The notes under the pieces are model-generated. The model saw only the letters and a list, made by a program, of their open reading frames with translations. It was not told the DNA's origin and did no database searches. DNA of 62,762 nucleotides, counting the filler, from Choristocarpus tenellus KU-1152 (taxonomy: Eukaryota > Protista > Phaeophyceae): the NCBI GenBank assembly GCA_964200185.2. It is 13 parts of 13 records of this genome, joined end to end, with 100 filler letters (N's around TTAATTAATTAA, not from the genome) between each part and the next. Parts side by side here need not be neighbours in the genome. Positions count along the whole stretch, not along the records: positions 1 to 2,730 come from CAXNAD020025241.1; positions 2,831 to 12,247 come from CAXNAD020003690.1; positions 12,348 to 15,186 come from CAXNAD020024298.1; 10 more parts are not named here. The stretch is one strand, 5' to 3'. The position numbers were made by a program, and so were the translations under genes. The number at the start of each line of letters is the position of its first letter. Position 1 is the stretch's first letter. This document shows, piece after piece, positions 1-12,540 of this stretch.

Positions 1-59
1 GACATGAAAAAATTGACCCCAAATGGACAGCCGCCACCCCCTCCCAGATACTTTGAACC
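1..59 (+). mobile_element. MITE family B, right end (window-truncated)
   Basis: gaccccaaatggacag...ccccCAGATACTTTGAACC matches the right end of full copies at 21230-21404 and 59623-59799. Confidence 0.85.
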
Positions 60-1994
60 TATAACCATCTTCAGCCAGATGCTGCGTTTGAAGACAAGGA
101 CCTGCAAATTGTTAGGGTTTAGCTAATTTCTTTGGCTGTTGCAATACTCGTAAACAAGTTTATACTCTCCAAAATCTGCCTGGGAAGCAGGAATGGACAA
201 GAAATGTTGGGAAAGCTAGGCCAAGCGAGGAAATGATTAAGCCCTCACTTGAGCGGTTTGTTGAAGTTGCCTCTCCCATCACTCACTCTAAGACATGTCA
301 CTAGTGAAGGAATGAACTTCCTGTACAAATCTTATGTTGAGTAGGCAGGCTCTGTGCGTGTGTGGCTTCTGCTTCCTATTTTTGAAAAAGTAATACAAAA
401 AAACCTAGTGCCAGAAATATATATATATATTACACAACAATTATTTCTCGAAGGAATGAATAGGACTGAGGACCTGACAGGTTCTTGGGATGCTTCCATT
501 GCTCCTTACAAGCCTTTGTAGGGCTATGCTAGGTTAGAAGAATAGCAATGTATGGAACTATCTTCAAGGGGATATTGTTAAATTGTCAGTTTTAAGTGTC
601 ACATATATATATAAGGTGTCTTGCCATTGCCGGCAACTGTTATGTCACACAGCAGCACTTACCAATAAAGTTTGGGTTTTGGACTCCCCCCCCTTGCCAC
701 ATCTGCAAAATGTCAACAGACAAAAAAACATAAATTGAACTGATCGAATTGTTGTGAATCAAGACACTACTGTACTAATCTTAGAACGCATGAAGTGTGT
801 GCTGGTCCATACTCCGATATTGCACTGCTCTTCAAAACTAAGATGCTCAAATACAGCTGGATTAGTGTGCATCCGAGCACCCGAACGGTGATGATGGTTA
901 GTTCAGTTTATAAAAGGAAAAACAGGAGTGTTTGTGTGTCCGATTCTTTCGAAGAGGACTCAAATATTAAAGTAAGGGTCTGCTCCTACTCGAAGCACAG
1001 CTAGAATTATCCCTTGGGAACAGTCTATTTTTGTTGCTCAAGTTGTTGGAGAGTAGCAAGTGCTACTGCAGCAGACCTCCTTTATACGATAGTTTTGAGG
1101 GAATTCCCTTCAACTTGTTCGTTGTGTAGTACTACGTAGTCCTGTAGAGCACTTACTCGTGGATCTGCCGTTTTAACGAGTAGACAGGGGGTCGATGAAT
1201 ATTATTTGGTTTGGCACCACATCCATCGACAATGAATTTCATTGAATGCTGCCATGGTTTGCAGTCAGCTTTTTGTGAAAGCTCAACGTCTGCATTTGCA
1301 CAGTCAATAATGCTTCGTGGACACCCCATTCTGTATATCATATGCAAATCACTTGGGTAGTTGAAAAGGATTGGCGCACAGTTTGACTTTCTTTGTCTCT
1401 CCTTCTGGTTGATAAGACCATATTGAAATCATAAGGAGTTGAGCACATTTTCTTACCCATTGCTTGATACTTGAACAACAGAGGGGCACTTGGGTTACGC
1501 AAGAGCTTTTAGAATCATGTAGGTTCTGCAACCTGTAATGCACATCCTGGAAGGACGATAGGACCCGGACAGCAGTAGTGTTAAGAAATTATTTGAAGTA
1601 GTGCACCAGTGTTGAGTCATTCTATCTTCTTAGTGAAAGATCGATTTAGACTCTCTTTAATAAATTGAACTTTTTTCAAACATTTCGTCCGACACTCGAT
1701 TACATTGCCGGAAATTCAGCTATCTCTTTTAGTAGGTTGTATCTCTAGAGGAGAGGGCAAACATTTGTCTGCATTAGCGTGAAATCGACCTTAAGTGCTA
1801 GAAATACCTGTAACAGAAGGCAGTCACAGGGATCCCAGATACTCAACGACACCCCTCTTTAAGATAGAATTGTTTGTTCGTATACACTACACTTTTCAGG
1901 CTATGTACAAGGATTGATAAGTTGTGTGCTATGAAAGTCTAGGAGAAATTAATATACTCTTGACCAGAGTGATGAAACTCGTGCCATTACAATA

Positions 1995-2253
1995 GAGCCA
2001 AATTATCTTAGAGGGTAGAGCCGCGTCCATTTGGGGGCCAAAATCCAACGTTGCGATTTCCTTGTAATTTTGGCTATCGTGTTTGTTAGGAAGTGTCAGT
2101 ATCCTTGTTCCGGACACACCTTTTCATAACGTATACATTTTACCTACTCCGACACATTTTGGAGTAGGAAAATATCATTAAAAAAACCCATAGGAAGTCA
2201 AGCCCCAAATGGACAAACAGGGAAAAACTCGTAACCTCAAGATACTTTCACTC
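1995..2253 (+). mobile_element. MITE family A, full length, 4-bp TSD AATA
   Basis: TIRs GAGCCAAATTATCTTAGAGGGTA ... CAAGATACTTTCACTC; flanks aata|...|aata; internal hairpin cctactcc/ggagtagg. Confidence 0.92.
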
Positions 2254-2628
2254 AATATCCAGCAGCTTTGTGTTCGTCCAGTATTGTATCTGACCTCGAG
2301 CATGCCTCGCCCTCAATAAGAAAAGAGCCATTGCATTGTTGCCTTGCTTGCGTATCACATTTGCCCAATTTCTATTAGTGGACTATTGCATATCTATGTA
2401 TCAGATCGACCCGCTTCAGAAAATAAATATCCCATATAAAGTAATGAGAATCAAACATTCACTTCCCAACCTCTACAGTTTTCCTATACTCTTCTAGCAC
2501 TGAACTGTAATCACTGTCTATAGTATGAAAGGAAAGTAGGATCGAAATAATCAACAAGCAATACTCTTCTCACCCATGTACTTCGAGCAAACATGATAAT
2601 AGAATTGAAGAGGTTCGGCGAGAGGTTT

Positions 2629-2730
2629 GAGTGAAAGTATCTTAGAGGGTACGGGTTTTGCCCTGTTTGTCCATTTGGGGCTTGGCTTCCCATGGGTGCT
2701 TTCATGACATGTTTCCTTCTCCAAAATGTT
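2629..2730 (-). mobile_element. MITE family A, partial (contig end)
   Basis: GAGTGAAAGTATCTTAGAGGGTACG...gtccatttggggcttgg is the reverse complement of the family A right half. Confidence 0.9.
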
Positions 2731-2830
2731 NNNNNNNNNNNNNNNNNNNNNNNNNNNNNNNNNNNNNNNNNNNNTTAATTAATTAANNNNNNNNNNNNNN
2801 NNNNNNNNNNNNNNNNNNNNNNNNNNNNNN
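2731..2830. other. Artificial contig linker (44 N + TTAATTAATTAA + 44 N), first of 12
   Basis: Identical 100-nt six-frame-stop spacer also at 12248-12347, 15187-15286, 19170-19269, 25816-25915, 34873-34972, 41683-41782, 44757-44856, 48262-48361, 52260-52359, 55987-56086, 58845-58944. Confidence 0.98.
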
Positions 2831-2891
2831 GTGAAAATCGAAAAAAGGGTGAAAAACGGACGCCGACACCCCCCCCCAGATACTTTGACCC
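2831..2891. mobile_element. MITE family B-like TIR with a variant interior, inserted in an LTR
   Basis: poly-C + AGATACTTTGACCC terminus; interior differs from family B; flank continues into the LTR repeat. Confidence 0.7.
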
Positions 2892-3247
2892 AATGCATAC
2901 GTAACATTTGTCAAAGTCCCTAAGAAGTTGCAGAATAAAGGTTTTATTTTTGGAGTACGTGTAGAGCAGTTGCATAGAAGACCAAAGAAATTGGGTGGAT
3001 GATAAAAATAATACAAGGGCTTGTGGTCAAACGATCACCCTTTTTTACCTCCAGTCCTTACTTTTTATCTTGAACGAAACTTCGAGTCGAGCTTTGAGCT
3101 AAGCACTGAGTGGAATATCAAGAAGAGAAGGACACCTGACACCCTACAAATTGTTATCAAGGGCAACGTTCCGATAGCATCGTTTTAAGGTCGTTGAATT
3201 TGAGTTGTACATCCTGTGGAGGTGAGTTCTGAGGGGCGCCTGTAACA
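2892..3247 (-). mobile_element. LTR (family L1), partial, probable 3' LTR with polypurine tract
   Basis: Reverse complement is highly similar to 39294-39650; on the minus strand TGTTACA is immediately preceded by purine-rich AGAAGGCGGGGTGATG (3248-3263). Confidence 0.8.
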
Positions 3248-4831
3248 CATCACCCCGCCTTCTGTTCGACCTTGAAGTCATGTAAACATGATTCAAGTTC
3301 AACGAAAAAGTGAGGTCTGGGAGAAAAATGGGAAACATGTATGACTGGTAGTATACTATTGCGCCATTTTATTACACGACTCCATTTATACAAAATAGAG
3401 TGTAATATATATGTGAGACATTAGTGAATATCTGATCAGGATAACATTAGCGCAAGGTTGATGGTTGTGGTCAGCATACCAATCAAGCTTACAAGGTCTG
3501 AGAGTATGGGATCAGCATATCAACCAGCCTCAAGACGAGTCGAGAGGTATATGTGGCCAGCATATGGGTCTCTACTATCTTACATAAAACAGAGGATACT
3601 CAGAATGGGGATACGAGGACCAAACGCTATACGATGTCAATAAACGGTTTGACTAGCGTTTCCGATCTGACATTGCTACATTAGTGTTACTCGATGATTT
3701 TAATCACCACTCCAATTCGCCAAAGGAATATTGCGTGTTACATTATCAATTTCAACACATCGGACGACGAGATCAAATGTGTGTGCACCCGTTCTCCGTA
3801 CTCAGATTCTGACAACGATTGGAATATTGATCATGACGACTACATTATTCCAAGTGGACAACTCGGAAGTACGATGTTGGTGGCTCAACTCTCAAAACGA
3901 TATGAGATGCTCCTCACTCTGGGGTGTAGGAATAGGTTTGAGACACACAGGAAGACAGTAGCATAACATAGTAGTAAAATAGGAAATAGGAAATAGATTA
4001 ACATTTTTCACTTTTGTGACAACTGTTACTTCCTTAGGGATTTTTTAGACATGTTAATAGTTTTCAATGTTAGTTTTTTCCCATATGATGTTGGTAGTCG
4101 CCTTCAGGACAGAAGTTGTTCTGGATTAAACTTTTGATCGGAGAGGAGTTTTTCGTCAAAATAAAGCTTGATGTGACCCTTGAATCACTCCTAGCATTAT
4201 TAGATAGGTTGGAGTTGGTTGTGGTGCGATGGGCGAGAGGGTGATTTTTCTCACTAAAATATAGTTACTTGAACATCCGTCCGCCCGTCGTCCAGTATAT
4301 GACTTGGAGGGCTGTTTCTCCTCTCCCAGAACGAGTTTTTTCACGGGAGTAGAAGAGTCATGATCCTCCATGTCTCATCTGTCTGTCTACAACCCTAAGT
4401 TCTTTATTGTTATTGTAGGTCCACTGTTATGGGCAAAAGCTCATCAGGCAGCAGCCATCCAGCCAGCCCTCATCATCGAGCTTGGCCAAGAAAACACGCT
4501 CTCCGTCGTAGTCATGACCCCTCTTTGATTTCTTGTTCCGCAGTGATTGACTGGTCCACTCGATCAAGCGCGAGTGCCCCTCTCGACACGCGGGAATCAT
4601 CAGTGCATACACCCTGCCCAACCTCAGCCTTCGACTTCTGAAAAACTTGAAGCCTGGATGTAGAGACCGCACCACAATATCCAGCATGTCCTTTGACAGA
4701 GGGGCTTCCACAACTATTGTGCCGAGTTCTGCGTGGACAATCTACGTTGTAGTAAGCTGCGTGCGAAGGTCAAGTTCCAAAAGCCTCGCACAGTATATAC
4801 TGTTAACAGTCATCTTTATAATAACATCACA

Positions 4832-5138
4832 GGTCTTGATTAATTTCGAGGTAATGCAAGGCGACCTGAAAGGTGATCAGCATATCAAATTAAAGCTGAG
4901 ATAATAAGCAATCGATTGGCGCAAAGAAATCAGATTGCAAAAAAAAACTTGATACGATTTTCAGCGATTTTCATTTTTTTCCCAATTCAACCGAACCTTT
5001 CGGCATTTCCTAACTCAACACAAAGTAATTTGCCATCGGATTTCTTTGCGTCAATCGACAGCATTTGGTCTCAGATATAATTTGATATTCTGATCACCGA
5101 TCAGGACGCCTTGCATCACCTCGAAATTAAGCAAGGTC
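4832..5138. mobile_element. Foldback/MITE-like element with ~110-bp imperfect inverted arms
   Basis: cttgattaatttcgaggtaatgcaaggcgacctga...gatcagcatatcaaatta pairs with taatttgatattctgatcacc...tcaggacgccttgcatcacctcgaaattaagcaag; no clear TSD. Confidence 0.75.
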
Positions 5139-5539
5139 GGTCTTATCCTCGAGACAACTAATTGCCAACACCACAGAACGTCTGGAAAATATCATATGGC
5201 CTAAGAATATATACAAGGTGAGTGTGTGGTCATTACATCATGTGTGGGGATCATACCACTCGAAAAATAATATAAATAACATGTATGACTCACCTCCACT
5301 CTCCATCTCTCACCTAGTAGTGGTACACTTTAATCTTTGTTGTTGAAGGGGTTTGTCATTTGGTGATCAATAAATCCATTTAATGAAAAACATGACATAA
5401 TGTAATGAATAGTCAGTCACCTTTTAAGCACACGGGTGCTAATGTGCCTGGTAGTAAGGTCTCTCTCTCCACCATGATATGTGTCAAATCATGGAAACGA
5501 GGAGAATTGAGAGATAAAATTAATTATATTAATAATTTA

Positions 5540-7100
5540 TCCAAATCAATAGCAACACGTTGAAATGGTCTGTCAACGGGCAAATGGGCAGTGGGAAGCG
5601 TACCTTTGTTATGAGCAGTCTTACGCGTTTGGCATGCTTGACAATCATGGCACTATGTACGAACGTCGATATTGAATGTTGGCCACTAATACGAGTCTCT
5701 AACCTTATCGAACGTGGTTTTGAAACCTAAGTGGCCTCCAGACAATACATGGTCATGACAACCATGGAGTACAAGACTGACTAAAGAACAAGGAACAACC
5801 AACTGATCTCTAAACATACTCCTCTTGCGAAGACGGCCTCGTAAATACGAACTGTAAAGTAAGCCTTTACGAAGGAAAAAATACGACATAGACTTCGTCG
5901 ATTCCTTATCAGGTGGAGGGGCGACGTTGGGGGACTGCAAATATCTGAAATATGATCCAAACTCGCATTCCTGCTCCTTGCGTAATTGCTCCGGGTTCAC
6001 TGCAGGGAACATAGTAGTGGAACTAGTAAATAGTTCACGATCACTTTGGACGCGTGTTGCTTTTTTAAGATTAGAGGCAAATACCTCATGTTCCTTTTGA
6101 ACACGTGTGGTAATGTCACAGGCGATATGCACATTGCGACAGATAGGTGCCAGCATTGGAGCAACGGATTTCTCCTGTTCCTCCTCAAACTTGAAAATAC
6201 GAGATAGAGTGTCAGGTATACCATTTTGCTTACCGGGCTTATATTTTTCAGTAAAATCATGAACTTGAAGTTTAATAGCCCAACGAGTAAGCATGTTTCT
6301 GGTATCCTGCATTCTATAGAAGTAACACAATGCAGCATGATCTGCGATGCTGGTAAAGTCAGGGAATACGAGAACCGGGACTGCAGTGAGTAATTGTTCT
6401 ACTTGAAAAGGTGCCACGTCCTGGTCCAATCCCCATTCTTTATCAACGTTCTCTTACTAATACCTTTCTTAGTGAGGCGAACTAACGGTTCGATTACTGT
6501 GGCTAGGTTGGGTGTAAATCTTCGCACAAATAATTGATAGTGGTGGGTTTCTGTAATTCAGTGATGGCACGAACCCGATCTTCACCGATACGAATCCCTT
6601 CAGACGACAATACATGACCCAGATAGTGTACGTCTTTAGGTCCAAATTGGATCTTTGACGGTTTCAAGGGTAAACCTGTTGTTTTCAAAGGTTTGAATTA
6701 TTATAATAAATGTAAATGTCCTTCCCATGTGGGAGAACAAGCAATCAAATCATCCATGTAAGCCAGCAGATCACTAAGTGGCACAAAATTGGCAAAGGCT
6801 AATGGCATGATTATTTGAAACTGCCAGGGAGCTTTTGATATCCCAAACGGCATCCTCTTAAAAACATATTGGCACTGCAAGTGACAAAAGCAGACTTATC
6901 AATAACATTTTCAGCAAAAGGAATTTGACAATCTCGCTCTGAATATCACAAACGGTGATGAATTTGGCACCACCCACGGTATCAATATGAGACTCCATAT
7001 CAGGCATTGGCCAAGTCTGTCGAACAAGGTGATTGTTATCACTCGAACGGTAGTCTCTGCATAGAAACGTAGGGATCCATCAGATTTGGCTCCAATCACA
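5540..7100 (-). pseudogene. Ty3/Gypsy pol remnant (RT, deleted RNase H, integrase zinc finger and start of core)
   Basis: Motifs DGSLRF, KRMPFGI, AYMDD (6749-6760), LKPSKIQFG..YLGH, YKPGKQN..PDTLSR, HDHVLSGGHLG..T..KVR...W....C..CQ, RPFQRVAIDL; several frameshifts and stops. Confidence 0.92.
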
Positions 7101-7119
7101 AACGAGACCCTACACCAGG

Positions 7120-8901
7120 GCCAAGTTCACCATCTGAGAGTCAACTGAGGTATGAGCGGAGACTGGTTGGTCTTGTTGTTGGTGGGAAAGATAGACTCCT
7201 CCCACCAGAACAAAAGACAAATGCGAGAGGCGATGGAGTTGGAGGAGGGTCCTTATGGAAAGGAGCTATAGATGAGGAAGTGAACGATTTAGATAGCACG
7301 GTAGTGTGGATTAAAGTACCTCACCCCACTGATGGCCATAAGGTATCTAGGACTAAGATGTTCACCAGGAAGGTGGATGCTAATAGAGAAGTGGAGCGGT
7401 ACAAGGTCAGGTTGGTTGTTCGGAGATTTTGACAGAGGAAGGGGAAATATTATTTCGAATTATTTGCACCTACACACCTACTCATGCTTCTCTTCCCATG
7501 CTACTTGCATTAGCAGCAAAGTTGAATTAAGTGTTCATTCAGTGATGGGAAGAAGGTCTTCACACAGGCTGAATTAGAGAAGACACTGTACGTGGAGCTA
7601 CCAGGCGTTTCGGAACTGGAATTTTGTGCTGGTGGAAGCGTTGCTGGAGCTGGGATTGGATCAATCTGAGGCAGATCCATCTTTGTTAAGATTCATCGTG
7701 GATGGCGAGGCTGTGATGATCATGATTATTCATGTTGATTACTTGCTGATGGCAGAGGAACCAGGGGCTGACTATGCTGTGGGTGTCACCGAGGGACTTA
7801 ATAAGAACTTCCAGGTGGTGAATTTGGGTGAGGTGACCAAATTTATGGGATGCAGGATCAGGAAGAATTGGAAAACTGGACACTAGTGGTGGACCAGAGC
7901 TGACTGAAATGCATGGAATTGGCACGACTTACGAGCTACTGTCAACCACAAAGAGGGTGGAAGAGGAGGGGCCTGTTCCAGACTGCTACACATCAATGAT
8001 TGGAGGTATACAATGGGCTGCTACTATGATTAGACCAGATATGTCATTGCAGTTAGAGAGTTGGCATCTTGTGAGGGGAATCCAAGTCAGTCTGATTAGT
8101 TGTATGCCGAGAGAGTAATTGGGTATTTGCTAGGTACTAGAGATCATGGCATTATCTTTGTTGGAGATTTTGGATTGTATGGGAATGGACCAAGGGATCA
8201 GTTTATTGACTATACAAATGCTGATTATGCAAACTGCAAGGAGAGTAGATTGTCTATTTCTGGTGGTGTTGTGATGATTGGGAAAGGATGTGTTGGCTGG
8301 TGATCTAGGAAGCAGAAAACGGTTGCACTGTCCACTGCTGAGGCTGAGTATGTTAGACTGTGTGAATTGGGGGAAGAGGTTATGCTCTCAAGCAGGTGTA
8401 CATGTTCATGAGTCAAAGTATCTTAGAGGGCAGAGCCAAGTCCGTTTGGGGGCCAAAATCCAATGTTGCGATTTTGACGCAATTTTGGCAATCGTGTTTG
8501 TTAGAAAGTGTCAATACCCTTGTTCCGGACATACTTTTTCATAACGTATACATTTTACCTACTCCGAAATATTTTGGAGTAGGAAAATGTCATAAAAAAA
8601 CCCCGTGGGAAGCCAAGCTCCAAACGGACAAACAGGGCAAAACTCGTACCCTAACCCTAAGATACTTTCACTCTCATTCATGCAACAATGTTGTAAGGAG
8701 TACTCTGTATCAGTGCTTGAGTATAATGATGGTGCAATTAAGATTGCTCAGAAGACAGTATCCAGAGGTAAATCAAAACACATTGATTTGCGGTATCACT
8801 ATGTACCTCAGTTGGAGGGAGAAGTCAAGATGGCAATCGGATATTTTCCTACGGAGATCCAACATGCTGATCTTTTTACTAAGGGTTTGTCTAAGGAATA
8901 A
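7120..8901 (+). pseudogene. Ty1/Copia pol 3' half (RT + RNase H), degenerate, interrupted by MITE A
   Basis: YKVRLVV, DPSLL..IHVDYLL, LGEVTKFMG, IRPD, YTNADYA..RLSISG, KTVALSTAEAEY, YNDGAI, SKHIDLRYH, QHADLFTKGL. Confidence 0.9.
8410..8673 (+). mobile_element. MITE family A, full length, TSD TCAT, inside Copia RNase H
   Basis: GAGTCAAAGTATCTTAGAGGG...AAGATACTTTCACTC; flanks tcat|...|tcat(tcat). Confidence 0.93.
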
Positions 8902-9021
8902 TTCAACAGGCATTCCAGTGTTAATCATGCGTACCATAAAAAGGAACCGATTTTTGTGTTTAAGATATGTTTGAGAGTGACTGAAGAGTTATTTTTCCAC
9001 TATAAGTTCAAGGCAGGGGAG

Positions 9022-9593
9022 TGTGTCAAGACTATTCTCTATGTTAATGCGTGAAAATAATTATTTAAATCGGTTGTTGGATAATTAGAGAGTTATTGGA
9101 GAATTGTTGGATAACGGGATATTGATTGTAATCTCTGAGTCAAAGTATCTTCAAGGGTAGACCGCGTCCACTGGGGGCCAAAATCCAATGTTGCAATTTT
9201 GATGAAATTTTGGCTATCATGTTTGTTAGGAGATGTCGATATCTTTGTTCCAGACACACCTTTTCATAACGTATACATTACCTACTCCGAAATGTTAAAG
9301 AGTAGGTAAAGTGCCATTAAAAACCCGTGGGAAGCCAAGTCCCAAACCAAATGTACAACAGGAAAAAACTTGTACCCTCTAAGGTACTTTCACTCCTCTC
9401 TGTTGAGTGACCATGAGAACATTGTGCGGGTTATTACAGTATAACAATAAGAATCCTAGAAAGGAATGCTGTAGCAAGTAATACAGAATTGAGTGATGAG
9501 TTACTAGAATAGGAATGATTTGGAGGCTAGGACACTCCCCCCCTTTGGGCTTGGATGTTCACTCCTCCTTTCACGTTCCTTACTTCACCTACA
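9022..9593 (+). mobile_element. Probable Copia 3' LTR after polypurine tract
   Basis: AAGGCAGGGGAG (9010-9021) followed by TG about 110 nt after the end of RNase H; the right boundary (..cctaca) is a guess. Confidence 0.5.
9137..9395 (+). mobile_element. MITE family A, full length, TSD CTCT
   Basis: GAGTCAAAGTATCTT...AAGGTACTTTCACTC; flanks ctct|...|ctct. Confidence 0.92.
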
Positions 9594-12540
9594 TACTGTT
9601 TTACCCAATAAGGTACTAATTGAATCCATATATATATATATATATATATATGCCATTACTGTGTTACGTACAGGGCAACTGCAGGGTGTATCGCCTGTTT
9701 GCGACCACCAAAAAGTATGTGTGAAAGAAGCTGATGTTCCCAAGACTTGTGTATGTAATGATTCAATAGGACATGCATCAAGACGTAGGGAAGGTTACTA
9801 TAGCATAGGTAGGGCAGCTTAAACCAATGGAATACATCCCCGTCTTTAAAAGAAAATGGCTGACAATCCAAACCAACGCAGTATACAGACGGTATTTGAA
9901 GCCTAAAAAAATCCAGAAAATTGGTGTCAGCGTTAATCTCAACCTTGTGGTTTAGAAACTATTTTGTTATTTGTATTCGTGAGTTCAACCTCCTATCGAT
10001 TGCCATGAAGAAATTAAGTTCGAATAATTGCATTGTTGCCTGGTTGGTGTGGCAGGGATGTTGGCTTGAGGTGACCACATCACCTGATGTCACCTGGCAC
10101 ACAGCTAGTGTTATTCATTCCCCAAGAGCCAATCAACATCAGAGGGGGATCCTATTTCGGTCCTTAAGAGTGTTAAGGGTTTTGTAAAACTTCTACCAGA
10201 CACCCCATTTCCATGGCTGTAACGCAGCCAACCCCCCTTTGGAGACTGTGGCTGTAGAAGAGATGACGGGCGCCCATCTACATTAGCGCGAAACTGCCCT
10301 TCAGAGTGGTAGAAACACATACCAGAAGGCAGTCACAGGGGCCCCAAGCAGTCAAATACACCCCCTTTTAAAAGAGGATGGTTCACAAGCAAATACAGCA
10401 AACGCTCTACCTGATCTCAGTCGAAATAGTAGCCCTGAAGGACTTAGATCCTGTCTTTCATGCCCTTGATTTGCTTCAAACAATTGAACCACTGATGTTT
10501 TTTCTTTGGCAGGCCTCTGATAGCAAGGTAGGATATGCAACAAGCACTGTTTCGGGGGTAGACACGGATAGAATAATAGACCTGGGGATTTGGGAAGGCT
10601 TATAGCCTCACATTTTGAAGTGGTGCTTCATTTTCTTGTTTCAAAATGCACGCAGTACTACAGTGCTGTTTCAACATGTGTCCTGCAGAGTCTTGACTTG
10701 CCAGAGCAAACGCTCAGGAGAAGTCGTTGTCCTCAAATAAACGCGTTAATTTGCCAAGAAAAGGCGCAAGCATTACTCCTGTAGTTCTAGAATAAGTAGG
10801 GTTGTTGTTCAACCCTCTGTTAGAATTATTACTCCGGCATTTCTCTACCCCTTCCCGGGCTCCATACAGAGCACAGCATTAAAAAACGTATTGAAGTCTC
10901 CCCCGAAAGAACTCCATACTCCAATCTTCCCACTAATGATTCCCACACAAATCAAGCCACAGCAACAGCACCTACAGCACTGCACGCTCTTTAACACATG
11001 TACGGACACTGTTGACCTCCCTACTACCCCCACCCCCCCGTCTCCATCCCCCTTCACGCCAAATGTCCCAACTGACAACAAAAACGACTCATACTGCTTT
11101 TGTAACTCTCTGTTCCCCTCCCATCTCATCTCGAAACCATACTCAAATCAAGAGCAACATCCCCCTGCACCCCCCTGCACCCCCCTGCACCAAACTTGAT
11201 TCACTTGCTCCGAGTCAACCCAACAGGATTGACTTGCTGTGGGAGAACAGGGCATTGATCAAGGCGTTCTTCATTGGTTAATCTTGTGATTTGTTGTAAC
11301 AGCACAGCCAGTACTCCGAACCACTCAGGGGAAAGTGCCAAGCTTTGGTGGAGCGCTGCATGCGCTTGGAGTAGCAGGCAGGCTCATCTACAATGACGTC
11401 ACGTCGGTCTTCGTCCTTGCGCCACTCACCCAGGGTGAAACGAGCCTGTGAAAAGGCATCAAGAGGAGAGGAAAGGTTGTTTAGGGAAACAAAGGGGTTG
11501 AGCGGCTGTTTCAGACCAGGATAACCGTTCGTTCCACATACTTGAAAATGAATCTATGATTCCATGGATGATGTAAAGCCGGAAAGGACAGAGAACGTGG
11601 GAGAAATAGCAATGTGCCATGCACATTGAGGAGCAAACCGTACAAGGGTGATCAGGGACTTTGGTCTGCAAAAGAGGGGCCAGATGCAAAGAGGTGCTCA
11701 AGATCGTGCCCTCACAACTCAGACAATTGGTGGAAACAAAATAGATTTAATTACCTTGATGAAAGATCATGTTCTCACTCTCTTCACCGGGCAAATGTAG
11801 GAGGTTCCGAAGAAGAGGAGATGGTGTGCTGACAAACCAACCACTGCTGAAGCAAGATTCAGCAGTTATAGGTATACTACTCCGGAGCATTTCTAAAGAA
11901 GAAAAAAAAGTAGTTTTCTCAGGGTGTACCGACTGCTTGAAGTATAAAAGTAGTGATAAATATCGGCTTCAGAATCCTCCTTGTCCCCTACTACACCAGA
12001 ATGGTATCAAGATATGTTGTGCACTGTACACATTTTGGGAGGCCATGACAATAAAAACAGTTACACACAGTAACACTTAACCACCCACTCGGAACCAACA
12101 AATAGACATACCACACCACCACCTCAAAGGGAGCAAGTCCTGTCAACCATCGTGTAGTGCACTGTCAAACCGATCCGATCAATTGATCAACACCTACACC
12201 TACACCTACATCTACCCTACCCCCCCCCACTTACCACCCCTCTACCCNNNNNNNNNNNNNNNNNNNNNNNNNNNNNNNNNNNNNNNNNNNNTTAATTAAT
12301 TAANNNNNNNNNNNNNNNNNNNNNNNNNNNNNNNNNNNNNNNNNNNNATGGGGAGGATTGATCAATTGGGGCCGTGGCAGCAAAGTGGAGAGAAATATTT
12401 GAATTTGAATACCCTGCCCCCCCCCCCCCTCCAAATTCCTGTACAGGTTTGAAAAAACTTCAACGATTAGATGTATCGTTGAACCCTCTGAGGGAACCAC
12501 CGGTGGAGGTAGCTTTGAGAGGACTTGACAGCGTCAAGAG

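Noticed and set aside
4427-4711. Ankyrin-like ACREGHSRLIEW
   Set aside because: A single short motif without further repeats; insufficient support.
8396-8974. 192-aa ORF and recurring peptides such as LDFGPQMDAA / APNGQTGQN
   Set aside because: Read-through of non-coding MITE A sequence; frames are not conserved between copies.
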